64,000 nt of DNA from Bryobacteraceae bacterium (lineage in GTDB: Bacteria > Acidobacteriota > Terriglobia > Bryobacterales > Bryobacteraceae): assembly GCA_035602155.1 (NCBI GenBank), contig DATNMW010000096.1:41319-105318 (forward strand), given 5' to 3'. Below are positions 19,941-31,585 of this stretch, one piece after another. How positions within the stretch are numbered: the first letter of the stretch is position 1; the number at the start of each line of letters is the position of its first letter. Below the pieces are notes generated by a model. The model worked only from the letters and a program-made list of their open reading frames with translations. It made no database searches and was not told the DNA's origin. The position numbers and the translations under genes were made by a program.

Positions 19941-20304
19941 TTCATTTCTCCTTTGAGTTCGCTCTAACGAGCCCGCCTGGCGCGCATCGTGCGTCAGTCT
20001 CTATTGCACGGCTCGCACCAACGTCCTTTTCCGTTGAGCCGATTCGCCCACCGGCGAGTTGCGGACTCGGTTTGGAAGGAGCGAGGCCCTCTGGTGGTAA
20101 CGACGTGCGGTCAAGTGACCGCAGGCGGTCAGAAACCCCAGCGTGTACATTTAGGTGTGGTCGCCAACCATTTCGTCCGGAGCCGGGCATGCTACTAGCG
20201 CCGCGATTGCCGGAGCATCGTGGTACGGCGATACACGCTGAAGGAGCTCGTCAAGCCGGGACGAAACGGCATCACAGATGCAGGTGGGGCGCATAGGAGA
20301 TTTT

Positions 20305-20742
20305 ATGGAACAACAAGGTAAGATTACCAAGACAGATCCTGACAAGCGCTATCGCCGTGTGCTGGCCGCGAGCACGCTGACAGGCGACTCCGTGCAGAAC
20401 TCATCCGGAGAGACCCTCGGAAAAGTAGACGAGATCATGATCGACATCGGCTCCGGCAAGGTGGCCTATGCCGTCCTGTCCTTCGGCGGATTCCTCGGTA
20501 TGGGCAACAAGCTGTTCGCGCTGCCTTGGTCCACTCTCAGAGTTGACGAGGACCAGAAACACTTCATTCTCGATGTCGACAAGGCGAAGCTGGAGCATGC
20601 TCCGGGATTCGATAAAGAGCATTGGCCGGACATGTTGGATACCACCTGGCGCAACGGAATCTTCAGCTACTATGGCGCGAAACCCTATTGGGAGGGTCAT
20701 GAGGAGCCGGCAGCCCTCCGGCGTGCCGGTGGCGGGTCGTAA
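20305..20742 (+). CDS. PRC-barrel domain protein
   Basis: Likely start MEQQGK. The motif LTGDSVQNSSGETLGKVDEIMIDIGSGKVAYAVLSFGGFLGMGNKLFALPW is a typical PRC-barrel. Confidence 0.8.
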   Translation: MEQQGKITKTDPDKRYRRVLAASTLTGDSVQNSSGETLGKVDEIMIDIGSGKVAYAVLSFGGFLGMGNKLFALPWSTLRVDEDQKHFILDVDKAKLEHAPGFDKEHWPDMLDTTWRNGIFSYYGAKPYWEGHEEPAALRRAGGGS

Positions 20743-20765
20743 CGGGTCATAGTGGAGGTGGCCCC

Positions 20766-20794
20766 CCGCGACCGGTCGCCAAACCCGGTCGCGG
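20766..20794 (+). terminator. Perfect 10-bp stem / 9-nt loop hairpin downstream of the PRC-barrel gene
   Basis: ccgcgaccgg-tcgccaaac-ccggtcgcgg lies 24 nt after the stop codon. There is no clear U-tract, so terminator function is tentative. Confidence 0.35.
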
Positions 20795-21045
20795 CAAGTC
20801 CGCCGAGTTGCTTTCCGGGTGGCATCACGGGTATCGGGTTACACCGGCGGAGGCAGACCTGCATCAAAGGCCTGCCTTCGCTTCCTCACGTAACCAGCAT
20901 CGCCAAAGCGGCCGCGCAGGTCCATTCCCGCACCTTCGCTCCCAGCGAGCTCGTCCGCCCGCCGGCGCTGGACAGGGAACAGCCAAAGTAGCGCCCGAGA
21001 ACCAGGCTTATCGCTATTCAAATAGCGATTTTGCGGGCTGTCCGG

Positions 21046-21999
21046 CTACTGCGCCGCATCCTTCTTCTTCTCTTCTTCCTTCTTATCGTCTTTCTTTTCG
21101 TCCTTCTTATCGTCGACCGGATGCCGCGGCTTGCGCGCGACGGGCTTCGCACTCGCCATCTCGACGTATGTCCGCAGAATGCGATCCTTCTGCTCCGGAT
21201 CGAAAATCAACTCGCGGCGATTGCCGCTGCCCGAGAGCTTGAAGTAGCCGTCATTGGGATGCACGGCGTAAAGCATCGCGGCCATCGCCCATGACGGCGC
21301 ATCATACGGCATCGGCCGGTAGGCGCGGTAAGCATCCGCCACTGGATGCCCGCCGGCATACCCGAAATCCTTCTCGATGCTGTCCCCCGGAAACAGCAGC
21401 GCCTCGCCAATCTCGCGTCCCGCCGTCACAATCGGCGTTGGCCACGCCGCAAATACTTTTTGGGCCGCTGCGGTGTCCGCTTGCATGCCGGATTCCGCCA
21501 CGCAAAGCAGCCGCACCTTGCGGGCAACCCAATCCTTCGCGCCATACATGTCCAGCAACTTTGCCAGATCGGTGGCAGGACCGCTGAGCACCACGGCCGC
21601 ATTCTGATCGTACTGCGCCATCAGCACATTGCGGATCAGCGTGGCGCCGTCGGCGGTATCGTCGATGCTCTTGATTGAATTCGGGTTCGACGCGTTGCCA
21701 GCCACCTTGCCGAACATCGCCGATGCGGCAGGCGCCTTCCCATCCGCCAACCCGATCGGCATGAAGTGCATGAACATGGCCGCCGGACCGGTGGTGGCGC
21801 TGGCATAGAAGCGGCCCACTGCATCGCAGAATTGCGCCGCCTGCAGATCCGCGCTGCTCACGCAAATTGCCGCGATGCGCGCCTGGTCCTTGCCGTCGAA
21901 CCCATGCAGCATCGCCAGGGCCAGCACGTCGTCGATGCGGCCCATGGCGGAATCGAATACGATGCCTACGGGCGGTTTGGCCGCTATCGGAAACTGCAT
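21046..21999 (-). CDS. Nucleoside-hydrolase-like protein with lysine/glutamate-rich C-terminal tail
   Basis: 317-aa ORF. The N-terminal IVFDSAMGRIDDVLALAML resembles the DxDxxxDD pocket of IU-nucleoside hydrolases. The tail is KKDEKKDDKKEEEKKKD. Confidence 0.45.
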   Translation of the reverse strand: MQFPIAAKPPVGIVFDSAMGRIDDVLALAMLHGFDGKDQARIAAICVSSADLQAAQFCDAVGRFYASATTGPAAMFMHFMPIGLADGKAPAASAMFGKVAGNASNPNSIKSIDDTADGATLIRNVLMAQYDQNAAVVLSGPATDLAKLLDMYGAKDWVARKVRLLCVAESGMQADTAAAQKVFAAWPTPIVTAGREIGEALLFPGDSIEKDFGYAGGHPVADAYRAYRPMPYDAPSWAMAAMLYAVHPNDGYFKLSGSGNRRELIFDPEQKDRILRTYVEMASAKPVARKPRHPVDDKKDEKKDDKKEEEKKKDAAQ

Positions 22000-22000
22000 G

Positions 22001-23341
22001 TCAGGTCAGATCCAGCGCGTCCAGGCGTCCGGTCGAGTCGCCGAAATGCTCGACGTGCACGCCCATGCGGTCCATCATCGCCAGGTAGAGATTGCACATG
22101 GGGGTTTCTTTCCGGTAGACGATTCGCCGCCCGGATTTGAAGTGGCTGCCGCCGCGCCCGGCGATCAGGGTTGGCAGATCCTCGTGCAGGTGGCGGTTGC
22201 CGTCCGAAAGCCCCGCGCCATAGACGATCATGCAATTGTCCAGCAGCGAGCCATCGCCCTCCCGGATCGTCCGCATTTTCGCGATCCAGGCGGCGAACTG
22301 CCGCACGTGATAGGAGTTGATCTGGGTCACCTTCTCGATCAGGTCCGGCTGGTTGCGGTGATGCGTCAACGGGTGATGGCCGTCGGGAATGTCGATCTCG
22401 CGGTAGGGCCGCGAGGTGCCTTCATGGGTGACCAGGAATGTGATCACGCGCGTCAGGTCCGACTGGAAGGCCACGGTCATCATGTCGGTCATCAGCTTGA
22501 AGTGCTCGGCGAAATCCGCGGGAACGCCGTAGGGCTTCTCCATGTGCGGATCGATTTGCGCGTTGGCCTTCTCGGTTTTCTCGATCTGGCGCTCAATCTC
22601 GCGGATCGACGAAAGATATTCGTCGAGTTTGCGGCGGTCGGTGGGACCCAGTCTCGTCTCCAGCTTGCGCGTGTCGTCGCTGACGAAGTCCAGAATGCTG
22701 CGGCGATACAGATTTTCGCGCGCGCGGGCAGCGGGCGTCAGCGCCATGCCATTGCCGAACAGCCGTTCGAAAAGCGCGCGCGGGTCGAGCACCGGCGGCA
22801 GTGGCTGGGTCTCGCTCTTCCACGCCAGATTGTTGGTGTAAGCGCAGGAATAACCCGAGTCGCAATCGCCGGCTTGCCGCGCATCCTCCATGCCCAGTTC
22901 GAGCGAAGGGAAGCGCGTGGCTTTGCCCACTTGATTCGCCACGATCTGGTCGAACGACACGCCGGCTTTGATATCGATGACGGTCTTGCGCGGCTGCACG
23001 CCGGTCAGGTATGAGGCGCAGCAGCGGCCATGATCGCCCGCACCGTCGAGCAAAGCGCGCCCGGTGTTGTGAGTCAGGTTGCCGAACAGCGTGATGTCCT
23101 CGCGGTACGGCTCGAGCGGCTTCAGGATGCGCGGCAATTCGCCCAGCTTGCCTTCATAATCCGGATTCCAACCGTTCATCATGATGCCGTTGGGCACGTA
23201 GACGAAGGCCATTCGGACGGGAGGCTTTGAAGTTGTGGCGGCGGCCAGCGCCGGCGCCATCGCATCCAGGAACGGCAGCGCGACGGCCGTGCCCATCCCG
23301 CGCAGGAACGATCTTCTGGGCAGAGCCTTCTTGGTAATCAT
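22001..23341 (-). CDS. DUF1552 family protein with Tat-type signal
   Basis: 446-aa ORF. The N-terminus has RRSFLRGMGTAVALPFL. The conserved architecture and its position downstream of a DUF1592-type gene are typical of this pair. Confidence 0.8.
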   Translation of the reverse strand: MITKKALPRRSFLRGMGTAVALPFLDAMAPALAAATTSKPPVRMAFVYVPNGIMMNGWNPDYEGKLGELPRILKPLEPYREDITLFGNLTHNTGRALLDGAGDHGRCCASYLTGVQPRKTVIDIKAGVSFDQIVANQVGKATRFPSLELGMEDARQAGDCDSGYSCAYTNNLAWKSETQPLPPVLDPRALFERLFGNGMALTPAARARENLYRRSILDFVSDDTRKLETRLGPTDRRKLDEYLSSIREIERQIEKTEKANAQIDPHMEKPYGVPADFAEHFKLMTDMMTVAFQSDLTRVITFLVTHEGTSRPYREIDIPDGHHPLTHHRNQPDLIEKVTQINSYHVRQFAAWIAKMRTIREGDGSLLDNCMIVYGAGLSDGNRHLHEDLPTLIAGRGGSHFKSGRRIVYRKETPMCNLYLAMMDRMGVHVEHFGDSTGRLDALDLT

Positions 23342-25650
23342 CGTTGAGCTACCTCTCTGGGCTTGGTATCCTTGCTCGCATCGCCCCGGCCCATTTGGAA
23401 CGGAGCGCTATGTACAATTTCAAAAATCAGCGATTGAAAATGATAGCCGGAAGCCGCCATATCGCGGTTGATGCCATCCACCGTGCGCCGGTCGTACGGC
23501 TGCAACCCGCGACCCAGCGCATAGGTCAGCATCTTTTCCGTCAGGCACCGGGAAAACTGCGGCAACCCCGCCATCAGCAGTGCGCGCATCTCATCCGGCG
23601 TCTTAAACGACTTGCCGCTGGGCAGCGTGCCGCTCGCATCCACCGGGAACTTGCCGTCCATGGTGCGCCATTTTCCAATAGCGTTGTAGTTCTCCAGGCC
23701 GAACCCCAGCGGGTCCATCTTGTTGTGGCATGAGGAGCACATGGGATCGGCGCGATGCTTCTCCATCTGCTGCCGCAAGGACATCAGCGTGCCCACCGCG
23801 CTTTCATCCAGCGCCGGCACGTCCGGAGGAGGCGGCGGAATCTCGGATCCCAGGATATTGTTCAGCACATACTTGCCGCGCAGCACCACGGATGTGCGCG
23901 TGGGGTAGCTCGAAACGGTCAACACGCTCGCCTGGCTCAGCAGCCCGCCGCGCTGCCCTGTGGTCAGCTCCACGCGACGGAAATCCGGCCCCGTCACGCC
24001 GGGGATGCCATAAAATTTGGCCAGCCGAGCGTTCAGGAAAGTATACTTGGCGTCGATGAAATCGGAAAGCGGACGATCCTCGCGCAGCACATATTCGAAG
24101 AACATGCGCGTCTCGCTCTTCATGGCGTCGCGCAATTCCGGCCCCCATTCGGGGAATTTGTCCGGATCCGGCTTCACCACATCGAGATTGCGGATCTCCA
24201 GCCACTGGCCGGCGAAATTGCTCGCCAGCGCGGCCGAGCGCTTGTCCGCCATCATGCGCTTCACCTGCCCGTCCAGCACCGCCGAATCGTGCAGTTTGCC
24301 GGATTCGGCGAGGCCCAGCAGCTCGTCGTCCGGCATCGAACTCCATAGGAAATAGCTCAGCCGCGATGCCATCTCCACGTCCGCAATCCGGTGTACGTCT
24401 TGCGCGTCGGTGGGGTTGGGATCGTGTTCGATGCGGAACAGGAACTGCGGCGTCACCAGCATGGCTTCGATCGCCAGTTGGATGCCTTGCTCCGTGGTCT
24501 CGCCGCGCGAACGGGCCAGAGCCACGAACTTCAGCAGCGAGGCAACTTCGGCGCGGGTCGCGGGCCGCCGGTAAGCGCGGTGCGCCAGCGCGGTGACGAT
24601 CTTCTCCACGCACGCCTGCCCGGACTTGGGATCGCAAATCAGAATCTTCTTGCGGCTCGCGCGCTCGACGTCCGTAGGGTATGGCCCCACGAACACCATC
24701 GAATTCAGATACTTGTTCTTCTTGTTGCTGTAAGCGTCCTTGTCGGACAGGGTCTTCACGAAGTCGTCGTCGATGAAGCCCGCGCGGAAGACATGGTCGC
24801 CGGAGGGCAGGTACATGCGCACCTCGGCTTCCGAATACGGCTCGAAATATACGAGCTTCGACGGCTTGGTCTCGACCGGCATCGTCTTCATCAACGTGCC
24901 GTCCATCCAGAACCCAAGCGTCACCGGCTTGGAGTCCGCGTTGCGTTCGCCGGGCATCCCGAAACGGATCACGTAATCGCCGTCCCATTCCACGCGATGC
25001 GAAGCTTCGATGGTGCTTCGGTCCAGGCGCTGGATAGTCTTGTCTTTCGAGTGGTATTGTACTTCGAGCGGCTTCTTCGGCAGCGGATCGGCCCCCATGG
25101 CGCGCGAGGCTATGACTTCGGCGGCGTCCACGTAATTCTCCATCAGCACCGGAGAAATGGTCAGTACGTCCGCGATGTTATCGAAACCGTAGCCGGAGTC
25201 GTCCGTGGGGAAGTTCTTATCGGCGCGGAAATCCACGGCCAGCAGATCGCGAACGGTGTTCGAATATTCGCTGCGGTTCAGGCGGCGCGCGGTGACGTGC
25301 CCAGGGTCCGGTTTGATATTGCGGTCGGCCTTCTCGAATTCACCCTCCACGTAGTGGATCAGCGCCTGCATCTGCGCCTCGGGCGGGCGCGGAATGCCTT
25401 TAGGCGGCATCTCGCCGCCGCGCAACTTGTCGAGAATCGTCTCCCAACCGTCGCGGTAATTCGCGATCGAATCCTGCGACATTAACAGCTTGACGTTCAG
25501 GCCCCCGGACGACAGCTTGTCGTTGTGGCATAGGGCGCAGGTCTTGGAAAGCACCGGCTTCACGGCCGAATCGAAATCGGCTGGCGGGGCATCCGCGGCG
25601 CGCAATGAACCGGCGAGGGCTAACGCAGTCGCAATGATCCGTAGTCTCAG
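23338..25650 (-). CDS. DUF1592/DUF1588/DUF1585-type protein with N-terminal cytochrome-c-like CxxCH (PSD-type) domain
   Basis: The track ORF is 23338..25605 (TTG start). It carries CALCHN and CSSCHNKMDPLGF motifs. The frame stays open upstream and encodes LRLRIIATALALAGSLRA, a signal peptide. A possible CTG start at 25650 follows GGAGG. Confidence 0.8.
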   Translation of the reverse strand: MRLRIIATALALAGSLRAADAPPADFDSAVKPVLSKTCALCHNDKLSSGGLNVKLLMSQDSIANYRDGWETILDKLRGGEMPPKGIPRPPEAQMQALIHYVEGEFEKADRNIKPDPGHVTARRLNRSEYSNTVRDLLAVDFRADKNFPTDDSGYGFDNIADVLTISPVLMENYVDAAEVIASRAMGADPLPKKPLEVQYHSKDKTIQRLDRSTIEASHRVEWDGDYVIRFGMPGERNADSKPVTLGFWMDGTLMKTMPVETKPSKLVYFEPYSEAEVRMYLPSGDHVFRAGFIDDDFVKTLSDKDAYSNKKNKYLNSMVFVGPYPTDVERASRKKILICDPKSGQACVEKIVTALAHRAYRRPATRAEVASLLKFVALARSRGETTEQGIQLAIEAMLVTPQFLFRIEHDPNPTDAQDVHRIADVEMASRLSYFLWSSMPDDELLGLAESGKLHDSAVLDGQVKRMMADKRSAALASNFAGQWLEIRNLDVVKPDPDKFPEWGPELRDAMKSETRMFFEYVLREDRPLSDFIDAKYTFLNARLAKFYGIPGVTGPDFRRVELTTGQRGGLLSQASVLTVSSYPTRTSVVLRGKYVLNNILGSEIPPPPPDVPALDESAVGTLMSLRQQMEKHRADPMCSSCHNKMDPLGFGLENYNAIGKWRTMDGKFPVDASGTLPSGKSFKTPDEMRALLMAGLPQFSRCLTEKMLTYALGRGLQPYDRRTVDGINRDMAASGYHFQSLIFEIVHSAPFQMGRGDASKDTKPREVAQR

Positions 25651-25702
25651 TGGCAGTGCCTCCCCGGTTCCGAATGGCTTATTGTTTTATAATACCTCTG
25701 AA

Positions 25703-26542
25703 ATGGCGTTTGAATTCGAGTCGCGGTTACCCCGGCGGCGTTTTCTGGCAGCCGCGGCTGCGGCGCTGGCGTTGCCCCGGTTGCGCGCCCAGCAGGAGCC
25801 CGCCGCCTACGGCCTCACGGCGGTGCTGGATGGCAGCGGCATGGTGCGCATTGCCGCGGGCGAGTTCCGGATGGGATCGGCCAGCGGCGAAGCCGATGAG
25901 TCGCCCGTGCATCGCGTGCGCATCAGCCAGGATTTCGAGATCGGCAAATTCGAAGTTTCGCAAGCGCAGTGGGAAACGGTAATGCTCGACCCGCACGCCA
26001 AAGCCGGAGCCGTACGGGCTACGCCGGGAGGCGCCACCGTGGGCAGCAATCCCAGCCACTTCAAAGGCGCGTCGCTGCCGGTGGAGAGCGTCTCGTGGGA
26101 CGACATCCAGGTGTTTCTCGCGCGGCTCAACGCGCGCGATCGCGACCACACGTACCGGCTGCCCACGGAGGCCGAGTGGGAATACGCCTGCAAGGACGAT
26201 TCAGTTGGCTTGGCCGAGCGGGCGTGGTATAAGGACAATTCCGGGGACAGCACACAGCCGGTCGGCGGCAAACAGCCCAACGCGCGCGGCCTGTACGATA
26301 CCTTGGGCAACGTGGCGGAGTGGGTGCAGGATTGGTATGGCCTGAATTACTACGCGGAGAGCCCGGCGTCCGACCCGCACGGGCCCGCTTCAGGATCGTA
26401 TCGCGTCTTTCGCGGAGGGAGTTGGCTGGATCCCGCCAAGTACTGCCGCGTCACGGCGCGCAACTTCGAGTTCCCCGTGAGCCGGCTGCATAATGTGGGC
26501 TTCCGGGTAGTGAGGATTTTGGCCGCCGATGAACGCCGATAA
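25703..26542 (+). CDS. Formylglycine-generating-enzyme family (SUMF1/EgtB/PvdO) protein with Tat signal
   Basis: Start MAFEFESRLPRRRFLAAAAAALALP. FGE-type motifs: RVSWDD-like ESVSWDDIQVFL, YRLPTEAEWEYA, NARGLYDTLGNVAEW, YRVFRGGSW, FRVVR. Confidence 0.85.
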   Translation: MAFEFESRLPRRRFLAAAAAALALPRLRAQQEPAAYGLTAVLDGSGMVRIAAGEFRMGSASGEADESPVHRVRISQDFEIGKFEVSQAQWETVMLDPHAKAGAVRATPGGATVGSNPSHFKGASLPVESVSWDDIQVFLARLNARDRDHTYRLPTEAEWEYACKDDSVGLAERAWYKDNSGDSTQPVGGKQPNARGLYDTLGNVAEWVQDWYGLNYYAESPASDPHGPASGSYRVFRGGSWLDPAKYCRVTARNFEFPVSRLHNVGFRVVRILAADERR

Positions 26543-26557
26543 AACGTCAGGCTTGAA

Positions 26558-27805
26558 ATGATCAAATTCTCGGTATTGGTGCCTATTTCGATGGCTGCGA
26601 TGTGGGCGCAAACGCATCCTCTTCAGGCTATCGTGGAAGCGGCGCGGAGCGACCCGCCCGCGCTAAAGGCATTGCTCGCCACAGACTTCCCCAACCTGAA
26701 AAATCAGGGCACGGCGCTCGTGTGGGGACAGGATTTCCTGTTCATCGCGGAGACCGCCAAAGAGCCGGCTATATCGATTGATGCACAACCGCTCGCCGCG
26801 ATGGCGCGCTTGCCGGACTCCGGATATTGGTATCGCCTGGTAAAGATGCGCACCGGCGTGACGCATTCCTACGAGTTCCACGCCGACGGCAAAACGCTGT
26901 TTCCCAGGCGCGACGTGGCCGGATACAACCCGGATTCCTATCCGAAGCCCGGCGTCCCGAAGGGCACGCTCTCCGGGAAACATACGATTGCGAGCAAGAT
27001 CTACGAAGGCTCCACTGCCGACTACTGGGTTTACGTGTCGCCCGGAGTTGACCCCGCGCAACCGGCGCCGTTGATGGTCTGGCAGGATGGGCAGGGCCTC
27101 GTGAACGGCGACCTGTCTGCCTTGCGCATGTTCACCGTTACCGAGAACTTGGTGGCGCAGAAGCTGATCCCTCCCATGATCCACGTGATGATCTCGCCGG
27201 GAACCGGGCCGCGCATGCGCAGCGTGCAATACGATACGGTGTCGGATCGGTTCGGCCGCTATCTGCTGGAAGAGGTGCTGCCGGAGGTCGAGAAGACTTA
27301 TAAACTGCGCGCGGACGGTTATTCGCGCGGCATCGCGGGCGAGTCTTCGGGGGCTATTTGCGCGCTCAATGTGGCATGGCATTTCCCGGAGAAATTCAGC
27401 CGCGTACATTCGACCATCGGCAGCTATACGGCGCTGCAATGGCATCCGGAAGAAAATTTGGATGGCGCGAACGTCTATCCGTTCCTGATTCGCAAGACGC
27501 CGCGGAAGAACATCCGGATCTGGCAGAGCGACGGGATGGACGACATCGAGAATCAATTCGGAAGCTGGCCGTTGCAGGCGGTCGAGCTGGCTAATTCGCT
27601 GAAGATGCAGGCCTACGATTTCCACTTTCGTTTTGGCGAGGCGGCCCATAATAGCGCGCAGGCCGCGCTGGATCTGCCCGAATCGCTGGCGTGGCTTTGG
27701 CGCGATTACGATGCGGCGAAGACGGAACAGACTTACGAGATGGACCCGGCTGAACGCGACAAGCCGCTGTATCGCATCCGCATCGTTAATCGCGACGCTT
27801 GGTAA
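26558..27805 (+). CDS. Secreted esterase (enterochelin-esterase-like alpha/beta hydrolase)
   Basis: 415-aa ORF. Nucleophile-elbow-like GIAGESSGAICAL. N-terminal immunoglobulin-like region as in the esterase D / Fes family. Confidence 0.65.
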   Translation: MIKFSVLVPISMAAMWAQTHPLQAIVEAARSDPPALKALLATDFPNLKNQGTALVWGQDFLFIAETAKEPAISIDAQPLAAMARLPDSGYWYRLVKMRTGVTHSYEFHADGKTLFPRRDVAGYNPDSYPKPGVPKGTLSGKHTIASKIYEGSTADYWVYVSPGVDPAQPAPLMVWQDGQGLVNGDLSALRMFTVTENLVAQKLIPPMIHVMISPGTGPRMRSVQYDTVSDRFGRYLLEEVLPEVEKTYKLRADGYSRGIAGESSGAICALNVAWHFPEKFSRVHSTIGSYTALQWHPEENLDGANVYPFLIRKTPRKNIRIWQSDGMDDIENQFGSWPLQAVELANSLKMQAYDFHFRFGEAAHNSAQAALDLPESLAWLWRDYDAAKTEQTYEMDPAERDKPLYRIRIVNRDAW

Positions 27806-27831
27806 AGGCATTTGGCCGCCGATCAACGCAG

Positions 27832-28523
27832 ATGAACGCCGATAAGACCATCGACCTGAATTGCGACTTGGGCGAACTGGCGGATGCGGCGCTTGAAGAA
27901 GCGTTGATGGCGCATATCACATCGGCCAACGTGGCTTGCGGCGGACATGCGGGCGATCCTGCCACCATGCGGCGAACCGTGGAGATGTCGCGGAACCACG
28001 GCGTCGCGGTGGGCGCGCACCCGAGTTATCCGGATCGCGCCAACTTCGGACGGGTGGAGATGGCTCTATCGGCGGAACAGATCGCGCAGACCGTGTACGG
28101 GCAGATCGGCGCGCTGGCCGCCATCGCCGGCGATCTTACGCACGTGAAGCCGCACGGCGCGTTATACAACGTTGCGGCGAAGAATCCGGATGTGGCGCGC
28201 GCCATTGGCGAGGGCGTGCTCCGGTTCGGAGGCCGGGATCTGGTGCTGGTGGGGCTGGCCGGGTCCGCGATGCTGGACGTCTGGCGCGAAATGGGTTTTC
28301 GCGTGGCGGCCGAAGGGTTCGCGGACCGCCGCTATGAGCCAGACGGCAGCCTGCGGTCGCGCAAATACGCCGATGCTTTGATTACCGATCCGCTCGATGC
28401 GGCCGCCCAAGCATTGCGTTTGGCCAGCGAAGGTATCGTGCAGACGATTTGCGTTCACAGCGACACGCCGGGGTCTGTCGATATCGCAGCAGCGGTGGCC
28501 CGGGCGCTGCGCAGCGCCGGCGC

Positions 28524-28527
<4 letters not shown>
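27832..28527 (+). CDS. pxpA: 5-oxoprolinase subunit A (LamB/YcsF family)
   Basis: MNADKTIDLNCDLGE...ITSANVACGGHAGDP...GAHPSYPD...VKPHGALYN is the canonical LamB/YcsF pattern. Confidence 0.85.
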
Positions 28528-29954
<1,427 letters not shown>

Positions 29955-30039
29955 GCTGGCGCCCCGCGCGGTAACGCAAACAGTGTATTCTCAAGGAAGG
30001 AGCGCAGGTCATGGCAACCGCAACTCTGGACTGGTCCCA

Positions 30040-30285
30040 ATGCCCCGCCGTAGAAGCGTACCGGGACGGTTGAGTGGAGCATGGGTGTTTCGCGATACCC
30101 GTATGCCCGTCTCCGCCGTATTTCAAAACCTTGAAGCCGGAGCCACCATCGAAGAAATCATCGAGCAGTTCGACATCACGCGGGAACAGATTAATGCGGT
30201 ACTTGAATTTGCCGCACGTAGCCTTGACCCGCTTCCCTTCGCCATCCCTGCCGCCGACACTCCCGCGGATGCGCACACTTTTTGA
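30040..30285 (+). CDS. DUF433-family antitoxin-like protein
   Basis: GRLSGAWVFRDTRMPVSAVFQNLEAGATIEEIIEQF-DITREQINAVLEF is the DUF433 pattern. The start is uncertain: an upstream ATG at 30010 in another frame (MATATLDWSQCPAVE...) suggests a possible 1-nt frameshift. Confidence 0.65.
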   Translation: MPRRRSVPGRLSGAWVFRDTRMPVSAVFQNLEAGATIEEIIEQFDITREQINAVLEFAARSLDPLPFAIPAADTPADAHTF

Positions 30286-30595
30286 CCATGTAACGCCTCG
30301 CGGCATTGCCCGGTTCCTTCCGGGCCACACCGTTACAAAAGCCAAAGACCAGGGGTGGGATAATCTGACCAACGGCGACCCGCTGGCCGGAGCGGAGCGC
30401 GCCGGCTTCGATGTGCTTCTTACCGCCGACAAAAATATCCGTCATCAACAGAACCTAACGGGCCGCCGCATAGCCCTTGTGGTGTTAAGCACGCCGCAAT
30501 GGCCGCTTGTTCGGCTGCACCTCGATATCATTGCCGCCGCCGTGAATGCGGCTACGCCCGGCAGCTATACCGAGGTGAACATCCCTAATGAGTAA
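30269..30595 (+). CDS. DUF5615 (PIN-like/Mut7-C-like) toxin-like protein
   Basis: MRTLFDHVTPRGIARFLPGHTV...GFDVLLTADKNIRHQQNL.... It overlaps the DUF433 gene by 17 nt, the classical DUF433-DUF5615 pairing. Confidence 0.65.
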   Translation: MRTLFDHVTPRGIARFLPGHTVTKAKDQGWDNLTNGDPLAGAERAGFDVLLTADKNIRHQQNLTGRRIALVVLSTPQWPLVRLHLDIIAAAVNAATPGSYTEVNIPNE

Positions 30596-31059
30596 GGCCG
30601 GCGTAACTCGCAGTCCCTTCGCTCTGGGTTGATTGTGCCCGAGAAATCTGCCCCGGTCAGCGCTACCTTTGGTTAGTGCCGCTTGGGGCGTGTGGTTAGT
30701 ACTCACGTGTCGCTCCCCCCGGCGCGAACTCGGCACAGGGTACGAACTACGCCAACTTCCTCGTACTCGCCGAAGCCAATCAACTGAAATTCCTTTGTGG
30801 TAACTGCGGCGCCCCTTGGATGCCAAGCCCCGGTGATCAGCGGATTTACGCCGTCAATTTGCGTAGGCTCATAACGGAGCCCTGAGCGGCCGCTTCGGTC
30901 TGCCCTTCGCCGAACAACGCCCTTCATGTCCGTCTATCCAAGAGGCCGACGAGTCCGCAAATCTAAGGTCGACTGAGTCCGGTCTTTCGTTCGGTCTCCG
31001 CAGAGACGTTGGCGGGCGCAGCGCCTGCCCCGGGTGATTCCACGCTATCCTGGCTGGGT

Positions 31060-31578
31060 ATGGATTCCTCGGATCGCATGTTCCTCGATTTCTCCGCGCG
31101 CAAGCTGCGGCAGCTTAGCGGCCGCATTGAAGATTGCCTGAGCCGTCTGACCGAGGAGGAGATCTGGGCGCGCGGCGCGGAAACCGAAAACGCCGTAGGC
31201 AACTTGGTGCTGCATCTGAGCGGAAACGTACGGCAATGGATCGTTGCCGGCGTGGGCGGGCAGCCGGATATCCGCCAACGCGATGCGGAGTTCGCAGCTC
31301 GGGGCGGTCTCGCGAGGCCGGGTCTGGCAGAGCATCTTCGCGGTACCGTAGATGAGGCAGTGGCCGTCATTGAAGCGCTCACGCCGGAACGTCTCGCGGA
31401 ACATCTCACCGTGCAGAGTTACGACGAAACAGTGCTCGAAGCCATCTACCACGTGGTGGAACACTTCTCCGGCCATGCAGGGCAGATCATATACGCAACG
31501 AAGCTGTTAACCGGGGAAGACCTGGGATACTACAAACACCTGAAGACCACCGCGCCGCATGCCGAGCAGACGCCCTGA
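31060..31578 (+). CDS. DinB-like / DUF1572 family protein
   Basis: NAVGNLVLHLSGNVRQWI...RDAEF...HVVEHFSGHAGQIIY shows the metal-binding His pattern of the DinB_2/DUF1572 family. Confidence 0.75.
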   Translation: MDSSDRMFLDFSARKLRQLSGRIEDCLSRLTEEEIWARGAETENAVGNLVLHLSGNVRQWIVAGVGGQPDIRQRDAEFAARGGLARPGLAEHLRGTVDEAVAVIEALTPERLAEHLTVQSYDETVLEAIYHVVEHFSGHAGQIIYATKLLTGEDLGYYKHLKTTAPHAEQTP

Positions 31579-31585
31579 AACGCGG

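Noticed and set aside
21010-21033. Hairpin atcgctat-tcaa-atagcgat followed by ttt; considered as a rho-independent terminator for the minus-strand nucleoside-hydrolase-like gene.
   Set aside because: The T-run lies on the plus strand, so the orientation does not fit the minus-strand gene. It is 270 nt beyond the PRC-barrel gene, which already has its own hairpin. The call is too ambiguous to make.
30703-30927. 74-aa minus-strand ORF in the 30596..31059 gap; considered as a small toxin-like gene.
   Set aside because: No recognisable motif, no clear RBS and no partner gene, so I cannot support it from sequence alone.
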